Source of the DNA: Burkholderiales bacterium
GTDB lineage: Bacteria > Pseudomonadota > Gammaproteobacteria > Burkholderiales > Burkholderiaceae_E
Length of the DNA stretch: 64,000 bases
Assembly (NCBI GenBank): GCA_037146935.1
Contig: JBAWWD010000019.1
Span: 4,453 to 68,452 of the forward strand
Reading direction: 5' to 3'
Below are positions 32,129 to 41,145 of this stretch, piece after piece; the stretch's first letter is position 1, and each line of letters opens with the position of its first letter. A program made the translations under genes and the position numbers. A model generated the notes under the pieces. The model was given only the letters and a program-made list of their open reading frames with translations, did not search any database and was not told where the DNA came from.

Positions 32129-33046
32129 TCATCTCCCCGCCACGCGCCCAAGCCCGCCGCCGAACATCCGCGTCACGGCCGACTTCACGCGGAAGAAGCG
32201 ATGCATTGCGCGATTCGGCCCGAGCACACCAGCCTGAAAAGCCGGCCGCGCCTTGACTCGCTCGAACCACCCGTTCAAGGCCGGGAAGCGCTGCGCGAAC
32301 GGATATCCGCATTCGAAGATGCGCAGCACCTTCGCGGCCCACAGGATGTCGGCGCGCGACAGCGTGTTCCCGGTCAGGAACAGCCGGCCATCGCCAGCGA
32401 GGCGCCGGTCCTGGGCGCCCCAACCCGATTCGAGCGCGCGCAGATGATGCAGATAGGTGTCTTCGTCGATGGTGTCGCTGTTGTAGCGGCGGTAGAAATC
32501 GAGCAGCTTCTCGGGCGAATCCGCCCGCTCGAGCTCGGCGATACGTGCCTCGCCGTCTCGCCCGATGCGACCCATGCGGCCAAGGCCCCAGTGAAAGGAC
32601 ACGTAACGCACCGAGACGTGCAATTCCTTGCCGAGTTCGATCAGGGAAGTCATTAGCCCAGCGGCGTCCGGGTCGGCAGGGACTAGCGCAGGATCGGGAA
32701 AAGTGCGGTCAAGATAATCGACGATATCCATCGACTCGATGATCACGCGACCATCGTGGATGAGCGCCGGCACCACCATGTTGGGCTGGATGGCCGCGTA
32801 CTCCGCGGTCAGATGATCCTTGCGGATCAGCGAGACCGAGTGGAACACATAGCTGCCGTCCCGCGCCTTGCAGGCCTGCTCGGACACGTCCCCCCAGCGC
32901 ACGCTGCGTTCGCGGGCCACTCCCTTCTCGGCGAGCGTGAAGCTCACGCGCTGGGAACAGGGCGAGCCGTCAAAGCCGAAGAGATGCAGTCCGCGCAGAC
33001 GCGGCACGAGTGGGCTGCTCGAGCATTCAATGAGCGGCATGGGCAA
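32129..33046 (-). CDS. Glutathione S-transferase-family protein (long form)
   Basis: 305 aa. The N-terminal thioredoxin-like GST fold is LHLFGFDGSPCSQRVSFTLAEKG...VPALIHDGRVIIESMDIVDYLD. The C-terminal half is helical. Confidence 0.7.
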   Translation of the reverse strand: MPMPLIECSSSPLVPRLRGLHLFGFDGSPCSQRVSFTLAEKGVARERSVRWGDVSEQACKARDGSYVFHSVSLIRKDHLTAEYAAIQPNMVVPALIHDGRVIIESMDIVDYLDRTFPDPALVPADPDAAGLMTSLIELGKELHVSVRYVSFHWGLGRMGRIGRDGEARIAELERADSPEKLLDFYRRYNSDTIDEDTYLHHLRALESGWGAQDRRLAGDGRLFLTGNTLSRADILWAAKVLRIFECGYPFAQRFPALNGWFERVKARPAFQAGVLGPNRAMHRFFRVKSAVTRMFGGGLGRVAGR

Positions 33047-33155
33047 GTTCTCCGTGTCGGTCCGGGCCGGCCCGGCGCGAGCGCATCATATTGAGCCACG
33101 TGGAGGCTGGCAACGGAGAGGGATCGGACAGGCGCCCCGCACATCAAGCGCTACG

Positions 33156-33848
33156 ATGTGGTCCATGCTCGATCCAACCCATTCCATCCGCGCCAATTGG
33201 GCCGAACGCTGCGCCGTGGCCATCCATGACGTGCCCTGGGTGAACTCCCCGGCGCCCGGCGTGGAGCGCAAGATGCTCGAACGCGACGGCGGCGAAGTCG
33301 CGAGGGCCACCTCGGTGGTGCGCTATGCGCCCGGTTCCGCGTTCAAGTCGCACACGCACGACCTGGGCGAAGAGATTCTGGTGCTTGAAGGCGTCTTCTC
33401 GGACGAGCGTGGGGATTACGGCCCGGGCACCTATCTGCGCAACCCTCCCGGGTCCTCGCATGCGCCCTTCTCCCGAACCGGCTGCACCCTGTTCGTGAAA
33501 CTGCGATACCACGACCCGCGGGATGACCAGCAGGTCGTGATCGACACCCGGACAGCGACCTGGCGAGCCGGGCTCGTCCTCGGCCTGCGGGTGATGCCGT
33601 TGCACAGCTTTGAAACCCAGCACACGGCGCTGGTCCGCTGGGCGCCTCAGACCGAGTTCAACCTCCACCGACACTACGGCGGCGAGGAGATCCTGGTGCT
33701 GGAGGGCACCTTCTCCGACGAGCATGGCGACTACCCCGCGCTGTCCTGGCTGCGCAGCCCGCACCTGAGCGCGCATCAGCCGTTCAGCCGCGAGGGGTGC
33801 CTGATTCTCGTGAAGGTGGGACACCTCGAGAGCAACAGCGGGTCATGA
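33156..33848 (+). CDS. ChrR-like cupin-domain protein with two cupin repeats and no anti-sigma zinc domain
   Basis: The motif is duplicated: HTHDLGEEILVLEGVFSDERGDYGPGTYLRNPPGSSHAPFS and HRHYGGEEILVLEGTFSDEHGDYPALSWLRSPHLSAHQPFS. The start is at ATG 33156 or 33165. Confidence 0.75.
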   Translation: MWSMLDPTHSIRANWAERCAVAIHDVPWVNSPAPGVERKMLERDGGEVARATSVVRYAPGSAFKSHTHDLGEEILVLEGVFSDERGDYGPGTYLRNPPGSSHAPFSRTGCTLFVKLRYHDPRDDQQVVIDTRTATWRAGLVLGLRVMPLHSFETQHTALVRWAPQTEFNLHRHYGGEEILVLEGTFSDEHGDYPALSWLRSPHLSAHQPFSREGCLILVKVGHLESNSGS

Positions 33849-34313
33849 CGCGCCCCAGCCCCCCAGGCGATGAAGCGTGTCCAGCAGCGCAGACGTGTTC
33901 ATGCCCAGTTGCCGTTCCAGGCGCGCTTCGTGCGCCGCGAACCGCCGCTTGAGTTCCGACAGGCGCTTCTTGCCGGCCGCAGTCAGCACGATTCGCCGGC
34001 TGCGCTTGTCGTGCTCGCACACCTGACGCTGCGCCAGACCCAGCGCCTCGAGCTGGTTGAGCACCGGGACCATGCGAGGCCGTTCCACCGCGAGCACCTC
34101 GGCGAGTTCCCATTGCGTGATGCCGGGGTTGTCCGCCGCCACGGCCATCACCGAGAACTGCACCAGCGTCACCGCCTTGTCGCCGAAGCTCGCATAGATG
34201 TCCTGGAACACCGCCATCTGGGCCCGGCGGATCGAGTAGCCCACCGTGGCCTCCAGATAGCGCATGTCGATGGCGCGGCTGACACGCGCCGGGGGCTGTT
34301 TTTCTGTGGGCAT
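33843..34313 (-). CDS. MarR-family transcriptional regulator
   Basis: 156 aa with the winged-HTH ITQWELAEVLAVERPRMVPVLNQLEALGLAQRQVCEHDKRSRRIVLTAAG. It is divergent from the monooxygenase gene. Confidence 0.9.
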   Translation of the reverse strand: MPTEKQPPARVSRAIDMRYLEATVGYSIRRAQMAVFQDIYASFGDKAVTLVQFSVMAVAADNPGITQWELAEVLAVERPRMVPVLNQLEALGLAQRQVCEHDKRSRRIVLTAAGKKRLSELKRRFAAHEARLERQLGMNTSALLDTLHRLGGWGAS

Positions 34314-34403
34314 CGCTAGTGGGTCGGGCCGTGTCTCGGGAAGGTTCGTAGTGTAGGCCCGGACCGGGACGGCCGCGCACGTGCGTCCCGCTGATGCTTG
34401 ACA

Positions 34404-34422
34404 TAGATAACACTAGTATCGA
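34404..34422. promoter_or_regulatory. Candidate MarR operator / promoter patch
   Basis: This is the only AT-rich patch in the MarR-BVMO intergenic region. TAGATAACACTAGTATCGA is an imperfect palindrome centred on ACTAGT, next to TTGACA (34399..34404). Confidence 0.3.
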
Positions 34423-34532
34423 AACTTCGGCCCAAGCCAGGATCGGCAAGGCGCATCGACGCAATGACGTCGGCACGTCGCCACGGCCGAGCGGCGCCCT
34501 CATCCGCACGCCTCCTTCAGAAGGGAACAACG

Positions 34533-36176
34533 ATGTCTGTCAGTGAAGCGCCAACGCGCCAAGCCACCGGAAACCCGGGCACCCAGGTCCTGGACGCGGT
34601 CGTCGTCGGCGCGGGCTTCGGTGGCATCTACGAGCTCTACCGGCTCCTCAAGGACGGCCTGGCCGTCCGCGCGTTCGAGGCGGCCGACGGTGTGGGCGGC
34701 GTGTGGTACTGGAACCGGTACCCCGGCGCGCGGGTGGACTCGCACTTCCCGCACTACCAGTACTGGTTCTCGAAGGAACTGTGGGACGAGGGCGAGTGGA
34801 CCGAGACCTTCCCGGCGCAGCCCGAGATCGAGCGCTATGTGAACCACGTGGTCGACAAGTTCGACCTGCGCCGCCACATCACGTTCGGCACACGGGTCAC
34901 GTCAGCCACCTTCGACGAGGCCAGCGGCACCTGGCGGGTGCGCACCGACGCGGGCGACGACATCACCGCGCGCTTCGTGGTGTTCAATACCGGCGGGCTG
35001 TCCGAGGGCAAGGTGCCGCCGTTCCCCGGGCACGAAACCTTCGCGGGCGTGAGTTGCCACACCAGCCGCTGGCCACGGGAAGGCGTCGCGCTCGAAGGCA
35101 AGCGGGTGGCCGTGTTCGGCACCGCGGCCACCGGCATCCAGGTGATCCAGACGATCGCGCCCGTCGTCTCGCACCTCACCGTCTTCCAGCGCACGCCCAA
35201 CTACGCGGTGCCGATCGGCAACCCGAAGATCACCGAGGCCGATCTCGCATGGATGCGCGACTCCTTCGAGGAGCTGCGCGAGAAGGTGCGCTGGTCGCGC
35301 GGCGGCTTCGTGTTTCCCAATCCGCCGCTCTTCAAGGACGTGCCGCCGGATCAGCGCGAGGAGCACCTGCGCACGCTCTGGGGCGCGGGCAACCTGGCCT
35401 TCTGGGGCAACACCTTCGCCGATTTCCAGAGCAACCAGGAAGCGAACGACTACGTCACCGCGTTCGTGCGCGAGCGCATCCGCGAGCGCGTCAAGGACCC
35501 GGAACTGGCGGAGAAACTGGTGCCGTCCGACTACAACTTCGGCACGCGCCGCGTCCCCCTGGAGAACGGCTTCTACGAGGTGTTCGCCCGCGATAACGTC
35601 ACGCTGGTGAACCTGCGCGAAGACCCGGTGGTGTCCATCGACAAGACCGGCATCACCACCGCGGCCGGCCGTCACGACGTCGACGTCATCATCTATGCCA
35701 CCGGGTTCGACTCCGGTGTCGGCGCCATCAACCGCATCGACGTGCGAGGTGTCAACGGCGTGTCGCTCAGGGATCTGTGGCGCCAAGACCTGCGCACGAC
35801 GGTGGGAATGCAGGTGCATGGCTTTCCCAACCTGTTCATGACGATGGCGCCGTTCGCGCCCGCTGCGGCCATCTGCAACGTGCCGGTGTGCATCGACCAG
35901 CAGTGCGACTGGATCGCCGATGCCATCGACTTCGTGCGCACCAAGGGTCTGAAGTCGATCCAGCCAACCGCCGAGACCGAGGAAGCCTGGATGACGCACC
36001 ATCGGGCGGTGTCCGAGAACACCATGCTCGGGAAGAACAAGAACTCCTGGTATCGCCGTGAAGACCCGGACGGCACCAAGCGCGAGCTGATCGCCTACCT
36101 GGGTGGCATTCCCACCTACCGCCGGATTTGCGACGAGATGAAGGCGAGCGGCTTCAAGGGCTTCGAGCTTGCCTGA
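34533..36176 (+). CDS. Baeyer-Villiger (flavin-dependent, type I) monooxygenase
   Basis: The ATG at 34533 follows GAAGGGA. The FAD fold is VVVGAGFGGIYELYRL, followed by GGVWYWNRYPGARVDS. The BVMO fingerprint is FAGVSCHTSRWP and the second Rossmann fold is VAVFGTAATGIQ. Confidence 0.9.
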   Translation: MSVSEAPTRQATGNPGTQVLDAVVVGAGFGGIYELYRLLKDGLAVRAFEAADGVGGVWYWNRYPGARVDSHFPHYQYWFSKELWDEGEWTETFPAQPEIERYVNHVVDKFDLRRHITFGTRVTSATFDEASGTWRVRTDAGDDITARFVVFNTGGLSEGKVPPFPGHETFAGVSCHTSRWPREGVALEGKRVAVFGTAATGIQVIQTIAPVVSHLTVFQRTPNYAVPIGNPKITEADLAWMRDSFEELREKVRWSRGGFVFPNPPLFKDVPPDQREEHLRTLWGAGNLAFWGNTFADFQSNQEANDYVTAFVRERIRERVKDPELAEKLVPSDYNFGTRRVPLENGFYEVFARDNVTLVNLREDPVVSIDKTGITTAAGRHDVDVIIYATGFDSGVGAINRIDVRGVNGVSLRDLWRQDLRTTVGMQVHGFPNLFMTMAPFAPAAAICNVPVCIDQQCDWIADAIDFVRTKGLKSIQPTAETEEAWMTHHRAVSENTMLGKNKNSWYRREDPDGTKRELIAYLGGIPTYRRICDEMKASGFKGFELA

Positions 36177-36244
36177 CCAGCCTTGAAGGTCTGCGCAACC
36201 GGCTGCACACGGCAGCCAAGGCAGGCGCAAGACAGATCGGCCCG

Positions 36245-36742
36245 CTACTTCAAGCGGAAACCCGCGTGACAGGCGACACAGGTCTGGTTCAGGCGCGCCA
36301 GGCCTCCCAGAGCCGACTTCCAGTCGCCGGTGACCGAAGCGTCCTTGGCGAGGATCGCGAACTGGCTGGCACTGCGATGCATGGCCGAGCCGGCATCTTG
36401 CATCGCCTTCGGCATGTACCGCGCCACATGATTGGCGCCATGCGATTCCAGCGATGACATGCCGAGCCGCTTCTCGGCGATGTTGGCCGCCGAGTCATAG
36501 TCAGCCCGTGCCAATGCGGCCTGGATCTCCCCCAGCGCGGCCAGGTGGTCGCGCATGTTGGACAAGGTATGCGAGCGCATCGGCTCGGGAAACGCTACCG
36601 CCACTCGGGCGTCCTGGGGTGCGGATGTCGTGTTGTGCCGGTGAGCGGCGCGCTGCTGATCCTGCGAGAACGCAACCGCGGGCAGAACCAGGGACGCCAC
36701 GGTCGAGCAGATGGCCACGAGGCGGAGTGGGGAGGATTTCAT
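36245..36742 (-). CDS. Class II (cytochrome c'-like) four-helix-bundle c-type cytochrome
   Basis: The signal peptide is MKSSPLRLVAICSTVASLVLPAVAFS. There is a single haem motif near the C-terminus, NQTCVACHAGFRLK, the class II layout. Confidence 0.65.
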   Translation of the reverse strand: MKSSPLRLVAICSTVASLVLPAVAFSQDQQRAAHRHNTTSAPQDARVAVAFPEPMRSHTLSNMRDHLAALGEIQAALARADYDSAANIAEKRLGMSSLESHGANHVARYMPKAMQDAGSAMHRSASQFAILAKDASVTGDWKSALGGLARLNQTCVACHAGFRLK

Positions 36743-37057
36743 GGCTTCACGATGAGTTTGCCTGAGGCTTGGAGCATACCCATCGTGCCGCCGAACTCCG
36801 CGGCTTTCGGGTCCCACACCGGCATTCTTGCTTGCTCGCCCCGAGGATCCGACCCGCCGGGGAGCGGCCGTAAGGCCTCCCGCCTTGTGCGCATTGATGA
36901 CCACGCGCGCAGACCCGATCTAAGCCCGGCATGGCCTGCCCTGCTGTCGATGTTCTGACCGTGCTCAATCGCCGCTGCACGAGTTTCGGCAACCATGCAG
37001 TTCGTCCCGGGTATGCCGCAGGGGTGTCGTCATCACCTTGACCCGGAGGACATTCCA

Positions 37058-37375
37058 ATGCGCAGCTTCAAGTCTCTCGTTCACGCAGCGCTGGCCCTGC
37101 TCGTGGTGACCCTTGTCGGCTGCGCGTCGACGGGTACGCAGGAAGGTACGGGCGAATACCTCGATGACAGCTGGATCACGACCCGGGTCAAGGCGGCAAT
37201 TTTCAATGAGCCCGACCTGAAGTCCGCCGAAATCAATGTCGAGACCTTCAAGGGCGAAGTTCAATTGAGCGGCTTTGTGGGCTCGGAGAAGGACATCGTC
37301 AGAGCGATTTCGCTGACGCGCGACATCAAGGGGGTCAAGGGCGTCAGGAACGATATGCGCGTCAAGGGCAGATAG
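37058..37375 (+). CDS. BON-domain lipoprotein (OsmY-like)
   Basis: The ATG at 37058 follows GGAGGA. The lipobox is LVVTLVGC. The BON domain is DDSWITTRVKAAIFNEPDLKSAEINVETFKGEVQLSGFVGSEKD...IKGVKGVRNDMRV. Confidence 0.8.
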   Translation: MRSFKSLVHAALALLVVTLVGCASTGTQEGTGEYLDDSWITTRVKAAIFNEPDLKSAEINVETFKGEVQLSGFVGSEKDIVRAISLTRDIKGVKGVRNDMRVKGR

Positions 37376-37509
37376 GCCGCCTGCTTTTTCCAAGCCGCGG
37401 CATCGCGACTGGCTCAAGATTCAGGGCCAACTGGAGGCGGCGATCTTGCCGTCATCACCTGGGACCACGTCGCCCGCCGGGAGACGAGCAGAACATCAAG
37501 GCACGCGCT

Positions 37510-38409
37510 TCACGCCGGCCATGCTCGGGCGAAAAATGCCTCGACCAGGAAGTCGAGTAGCACCCGCACCTTCGGCGTCAGGTGCTTGCGGGACGGGTAG
37601 ACCGCGAAGACACCGAGTTCGGCCGACCGATACTGCGGCATCACCTCGACCAGCGCGCCGGAAGCCAGGTGCGGCCCGACCAGGAAGGTGGGCTGCAACA
37701 CCAGCCCCCGATGCTGCAGGGCTGCGGCGCAGCAGGTGTCGCCGCTGTTGGTGCGCATCTGCGGCGCGATCGTCACCGTGACCGGCCCTCGGGGACCGTC
37801 GAACTCCCACCGCTCGCCCATCGACAGCAAGGTGTAGGCGATCACCGCGTGCTGCGTGAGTTCAGCGGGATGAACGGGTGTTCCGTGTCGCCGCAGGTAC
37901 TCGGGTGAGGCGCACAGCACCAGGCGCGTCGTGGAGAGTTGCCGGCTGACCAGCGAGGACGGTTGCAGGCGGGCGATGCGCACGGCCAGGTCATAGCCCT
38001 CATCCACCAGATCGACCAGCCGGTCGGTCAGCGTGATGTCGAGCTCCACCCTGGGGTGCATCGCCATGAACGCGGGCCATAGCGGCGCCAGATGCAGCAG
38101 CCCGAAGGTCACCGGCACGTTGACACGAAGGCGGCCGACGGCCTCGCCCGAGCGCACCGTGAGTTCGGCCTCGGCTTCGGCCACACCCTCCAGCAAGTGG
38201 CGACAGCGCTCATGGAAAACCTCCCCCTCGGGCGTGAGGGAGAGCTTGCGCGTTGTCCGGTGCATCAGGCGCGTGCCGAGCCGCGCCTCGAGATCGCCCA
38301 CGAGGCGGGATATCGCCGTCTTGGATAGGCCCAGCGCGTCGGCCGCGCGCACGAAGCTTCCGGTCTCCGCCACGGTCACGAAGGCTTTCATCTCCTGGAA
38401 TTTGTCCAT
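37510..38409 (-). CDS. LysR-family transcriptional regulator
   Basis: It starts MDKFQEMKAFVTVAETGSFVRAADALGLSKTAISRLVGDLEARLG. It is divergent from the dioxygenase gene. Confidence 0.9.
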   Translation of the reverse strand: MDKFQEMKAFVTVAETGSFVRAADALGLSKTAISRLVGDLEARLGTRLMHRTTRKLSLTPEGEVFHERCRHLLEGVAEAEAELTVRSGEAVGRLRVNVPVTFGLLHLAPLWPAFMAMHPRVELDITLTDRLVDLVDEGYDLAVRIARLQPSSLVSRQLSTTRLVLCASPEYLRRHGTPVHPAELTQHAVIAYTLLSMGERWEFDGPRGPVTVTIAPQMRTNSGDTCCAAALQHRGLVLQPTFLVGPHLASGALVEVMPQYRSAELGVFAVYPSRKHLTPKVRVLLDFLVEAFFARAWPA

Positions 38410-38555
38410 GGGCCGATTATCACGATTCACGGGATAGAAATTCCATATTCACCCTGTTTATCTCCAAACAGGCAACTTCTACAGTGCTTCCCACTGCAGC
38501 ACGCCGACGTGGCCGTGCCAGGCCCGACCGGCTCACCCTGCTTCCGGAGAACATC

Positions 38556-38666
38556 ATGAACAACCCCTGCCTCAGGCGATCGCGGGCGACCAACAGCAGC
38601 GCCGCGGCGCTTGCCCTGCGCGTCCCCGTGGGCATCATCTTCGCCGTGATCACCGGAGAACGCTGA
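38556..38666 (+). CDS. 36-codon upstream ORF coupled to the dioxygenase gene (speculative)
   Basis: The ATG at 38556 lies 5 nt after GGAGA. Third codon positions are GC-rich. The stop TGA shares its A with the ATG at 38666. The peptide is MNNPCLRRSRATNSSAAALALRVPVGIIFAVITGER. Confidence 0.35.
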   Translation: MNNPCLRRSRATNSSAAALALRVPVGIIFAVITGER

Positions 38667-39457
38667 TGTCGCGCCTGCCCAGCCTCTTCATCTCGCACGG
38701 CGCGCCCACCTTCGCGGTCGAGCCGGGCCTGGCCGGGCCGCGGCTGACGGCGCTGGGTCGTTCGCTGCCCAGGCCGGAAGCAGTGCTCGTGGTCTCGCCG
38801 CACTGGATGACGCCCACCCCCCGCGTGGGGACGTCGATGCAGCCTGAGACCATCCACGATTTCGGCGGCTTCGATCCGGCCCTGTACCGCATCCAGTACC
38901 CGGCGCGCGGGCATGAGGTGCTGGCTCGGCGCGCGGTCGCGCTGCTCACGCAGGCCGGCTGGCCGGCGCAGCCCGATGACCGCCGCGGCCTGGACCACGG
39001 CGCCTGGGTCCCGCTGCGGCACCTGTTCCCGCAGGCTGACGTACCGGTGTTCCAGGTCTCGCTACCGTCGCGGCTGGATGCGCCGAACGCGTGGGCCCTT
39101 GGACAGGCGCTTGCCCCGCTGGCTGAAGAGGGCGTGCTGATCGTCGGCTCGGGCAGCCTGACGCACAACCTGTCCGAGTTCCGCGGTACCCGCGCAACGG
39201 TTGAGCCTTATGTGCAGGCCTTCTCGGCCTGGGTGCGGGAGGCCGTCGAGCAGGCCGACCGCGCGCGCCTGCTGCGCACCCTGGACGACGCGCCGCACGC
39301 CCATCGCGCGCATCCGACCACGGAGCACTTCTGGCCGCTGCTCGTGGCCGCCGGTGCGACCGATACCGGCGGCGGTCCCGCACCGGCCACGGTGATCGAC
39401 GGCGGAATCGCCTACGGAATCCTCTCCATGGACGCGTACGCATTTGGCGCGGGGTGA
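38666..39457 (+). CDS. ygiD: Class III extradiol dioxygenase (4,5-DOPA dioxygenase / YgiD-like)
   Basis: 263 aa with LPSLFISHGAPT, LVVSPHW, LDHGAWVPL and GSGSLTHNL. Confidence 0.85.
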   Translation: MSRLPSLFISHGAPTFAVEPGLAGPRLTALGRSLPRPEAVLVVSPHWMTPTPRVGTSMQPETIHDFGGFDPALYRIQYPARGHEVLARRAVALLTQAGWPAQPDDRRGLDHGAWVPLRHLFPQADVPVFQVSLPSRLDAPNAWALGQALAPLAEEGVLIVGSGSLTHNLSEFRGTRATVEPYVQAFSAWVREAVEQADRARLLRTLDDAPHAHRAHPTTEHFWPLLVAAGATDTGGGPAPATVIDGGIAYGILSMDAYAFGAG

Positions 39458-39668
39458 TAGCAACCCACCAGGGTCGGCATCCCGGTCATGCGCAAGCGAG
39501 CACCTTGAAGCCCGGCGCGCTGACGTGTCGGCCAACTGCTCGCGGCCGTCTGACAGCGACGGTGCTACCCTCGATGCGCGACGGGATCAGGCCTTCCATC
39601 GTGAAGGCCCTCTCAGTCTGGCCATCCGTGCCGCGCCCCCAGCGCGCATCATTCCCGGGAGCCCACTC

Positions 39669-40655
39669 ATGAACACCCTTCGTCGACATCGGCTCACCCT
39701 GGCCGCGGGCATCGCTGCCGCGATCCTGGCCGTCCACTGCGCCCCCGCCATGGCGCAGGGCGAATTCCCCAGCCGGCCGGTGCGCCTGATCGTGCCCTTC
39801 CCGCCCGGAGGCGTGACCGACATCGTCGCGCGCGCCGTGGCTGCCCGGCTTGCCGCCGACTGGGGCCAGCAGGTGCTCGTGGACAACAAGCCCGGGGCGA
39901 GCGGGGCCATCGGCGCCGAGCTCGGCGCGAAGGCAGCGCCGGACGGTTACACCCTCACCATGGGCAACATCAGCACCCTGGCCATCAACGCGGTCACCTT
40001 CGCGAAGCTGCCCTATGACCCGGTAGCCAGCTTCGAGCCCATCGGCATGGTGGCCGTCCAGCCGCTGCTGGTCGCGGTGCACCCCTCGGTGCCGGCGCGC
40101 ACGCTGGCCGAATTCGTGCAGCTCGCCCGCAGTCAGCCGGGGCAGCTCAGCTATGGCACGGCCGGCAGCTCGATCCACCTGGCGGTGGAGCAGTTCAGCA
40201 GCGCCGCCGGCGTGAAGATGAACCATGTCCCGTACAAGGGCAGCGCCCCCGCCATCACCGATCTGGTGGGTGGCCAGATCCAGTTGCTCTTCGATCCGTT
40301 CTCCAGCCTGTATCCGCAGGTCAGCGGCGGCAAGGTGCGCGCGCTGGCCATCACCACCGAAAAGCGCTCTGCCGTTGCGCCGGGCATTCCCACGGTGGCC
40401 GAACAGGGCTACCCGGGGTTCGATGTGAGTTCCTGGCAGGGCATCGTGGTGCCGGCCGGCACGCCCAGGCCGATCGTGCAGCGGCTGCACCGCAGCCTCG
40501 CCAGGGTGCTCGACTCCGCGGAGATCCGGGAGAAGTTCGCCCAGTACAGCGCAGTGCCCGGTTCAGGCAGCCCCGAGCAGTTCGGCCAGTTCATCCGCCA
40601 GGAGATCGCCCGCTGGCAGGCGGTCGCCAAGGCGGCGGGTGTGAAACCCGAATAG
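39669..40655 (+). CDS. Bug/TctC-family substrate-binding protein
   Basis: The signal peptide is MNTLRRHRLTLAAGIAAAILAVHCAPAMA. It has PSRPVRLIVPFPPGGVTDIVAR, VDNKPGASGAIG and SWQGIVVPAGTP. Confidence 0.9.
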   Translation: MNTLRRHRLTLAAGIAAAILAVHCAPAMAQGEFPSRPVRLIVPFPPGGVTDIVARAVAARLAADWGQQVLVDNKPGASGAIGAELGAKAAPDGYTLTMGNISTLAINAVTFAKLPYDPVASFEPIGMVAVQPLLVAVHPSVPARTLAEFVQLARSQPGQLSYGTAGSSIHLAVEQFSSAAGVKMNHVPYKGSAPAITDLVGGQIQLLFDPFSSLYPQVSGGKVRALAITTEKRSAVAPGIPTVAEQGYPGFDVSSWQGIVVPAGTPRPIVQRLHRSLARVLDSAEIREKFAQYSAVPGSGSPEQFGQFIRQEIARWQAVAKAAGVKPE

Positions 40656-40680
40656 CGGCGTCCAGGCCAGACGCGCAGCG

Positions 40681-41145
40681 TCACCGATCGGGACGGCCAC
40701 TGCCCCGCAGGGCAGCCACTTGCGCGCGCAGTCGCGCCAGCTCGACATGGGTGCTCACCCGCGCGCGAAGCACTGGCGGATTGACGGGCTTGCCGATGAA
40801 ATCGACCGCGCCCAGCGCCAGCCCGCGGCTCTCGTCCTCGGCCGCGTCGCGGGCAGTGACGAAGATCACCGGAATGTTCGCGGTGGCCGGGTCCTGCCTG
40901 AGGATGCGCAAGACCTCGTAGCCGTCCATCTCGGGCATGACCACATCGAGCAGCACGATGTCGGGCCGGGACTCACGGCAGATCGAGATGGCCTTCACGC
41001 CATGCGTGGCCACCAGCACCTGATGACCCGGCGTGAGCGCCCGGTAGAGCGCCTGGATGTTGAGCGGCTGATCATCGACCACCAGCACGATCGGCGGACG
41101 CGAGGCAGCGGCAGCGCCATCACCCGGCACAGGTGTGGGATTCAT
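40681..41145 (-). CDS. Stand-alone receiver (CheY-like) response regulator
   Basis: It has [24 protein letters not shown] and DFIGKP, with no output domain. The ATG at 41145 overlaps the kinase stop (ATGA). Confidence 0.9.
   Translation of the reverse strand: MNPTPVPGDGAAAASRPPIVLVVDDQPLNIQALYRALTPGHQVLVATHGVKAISICRESRPDIVLLDVVMPEMDGYEVLRILRQDPATANIPVIFVTARDAAEDESRGLALGAVDFIGKPVNPPVLRARVSTHVELARLRAQVAALRGSGRPDR

Noticed and set aside
31108-40655. A possible classical ssrA-integrated genomic island with att sites.
   Set aside because: No integrase, excisionase or transposase ORF is present. I could not find a second copy of the ssrA 3' end by eye. It is kept only as a composition and gene-content observation.
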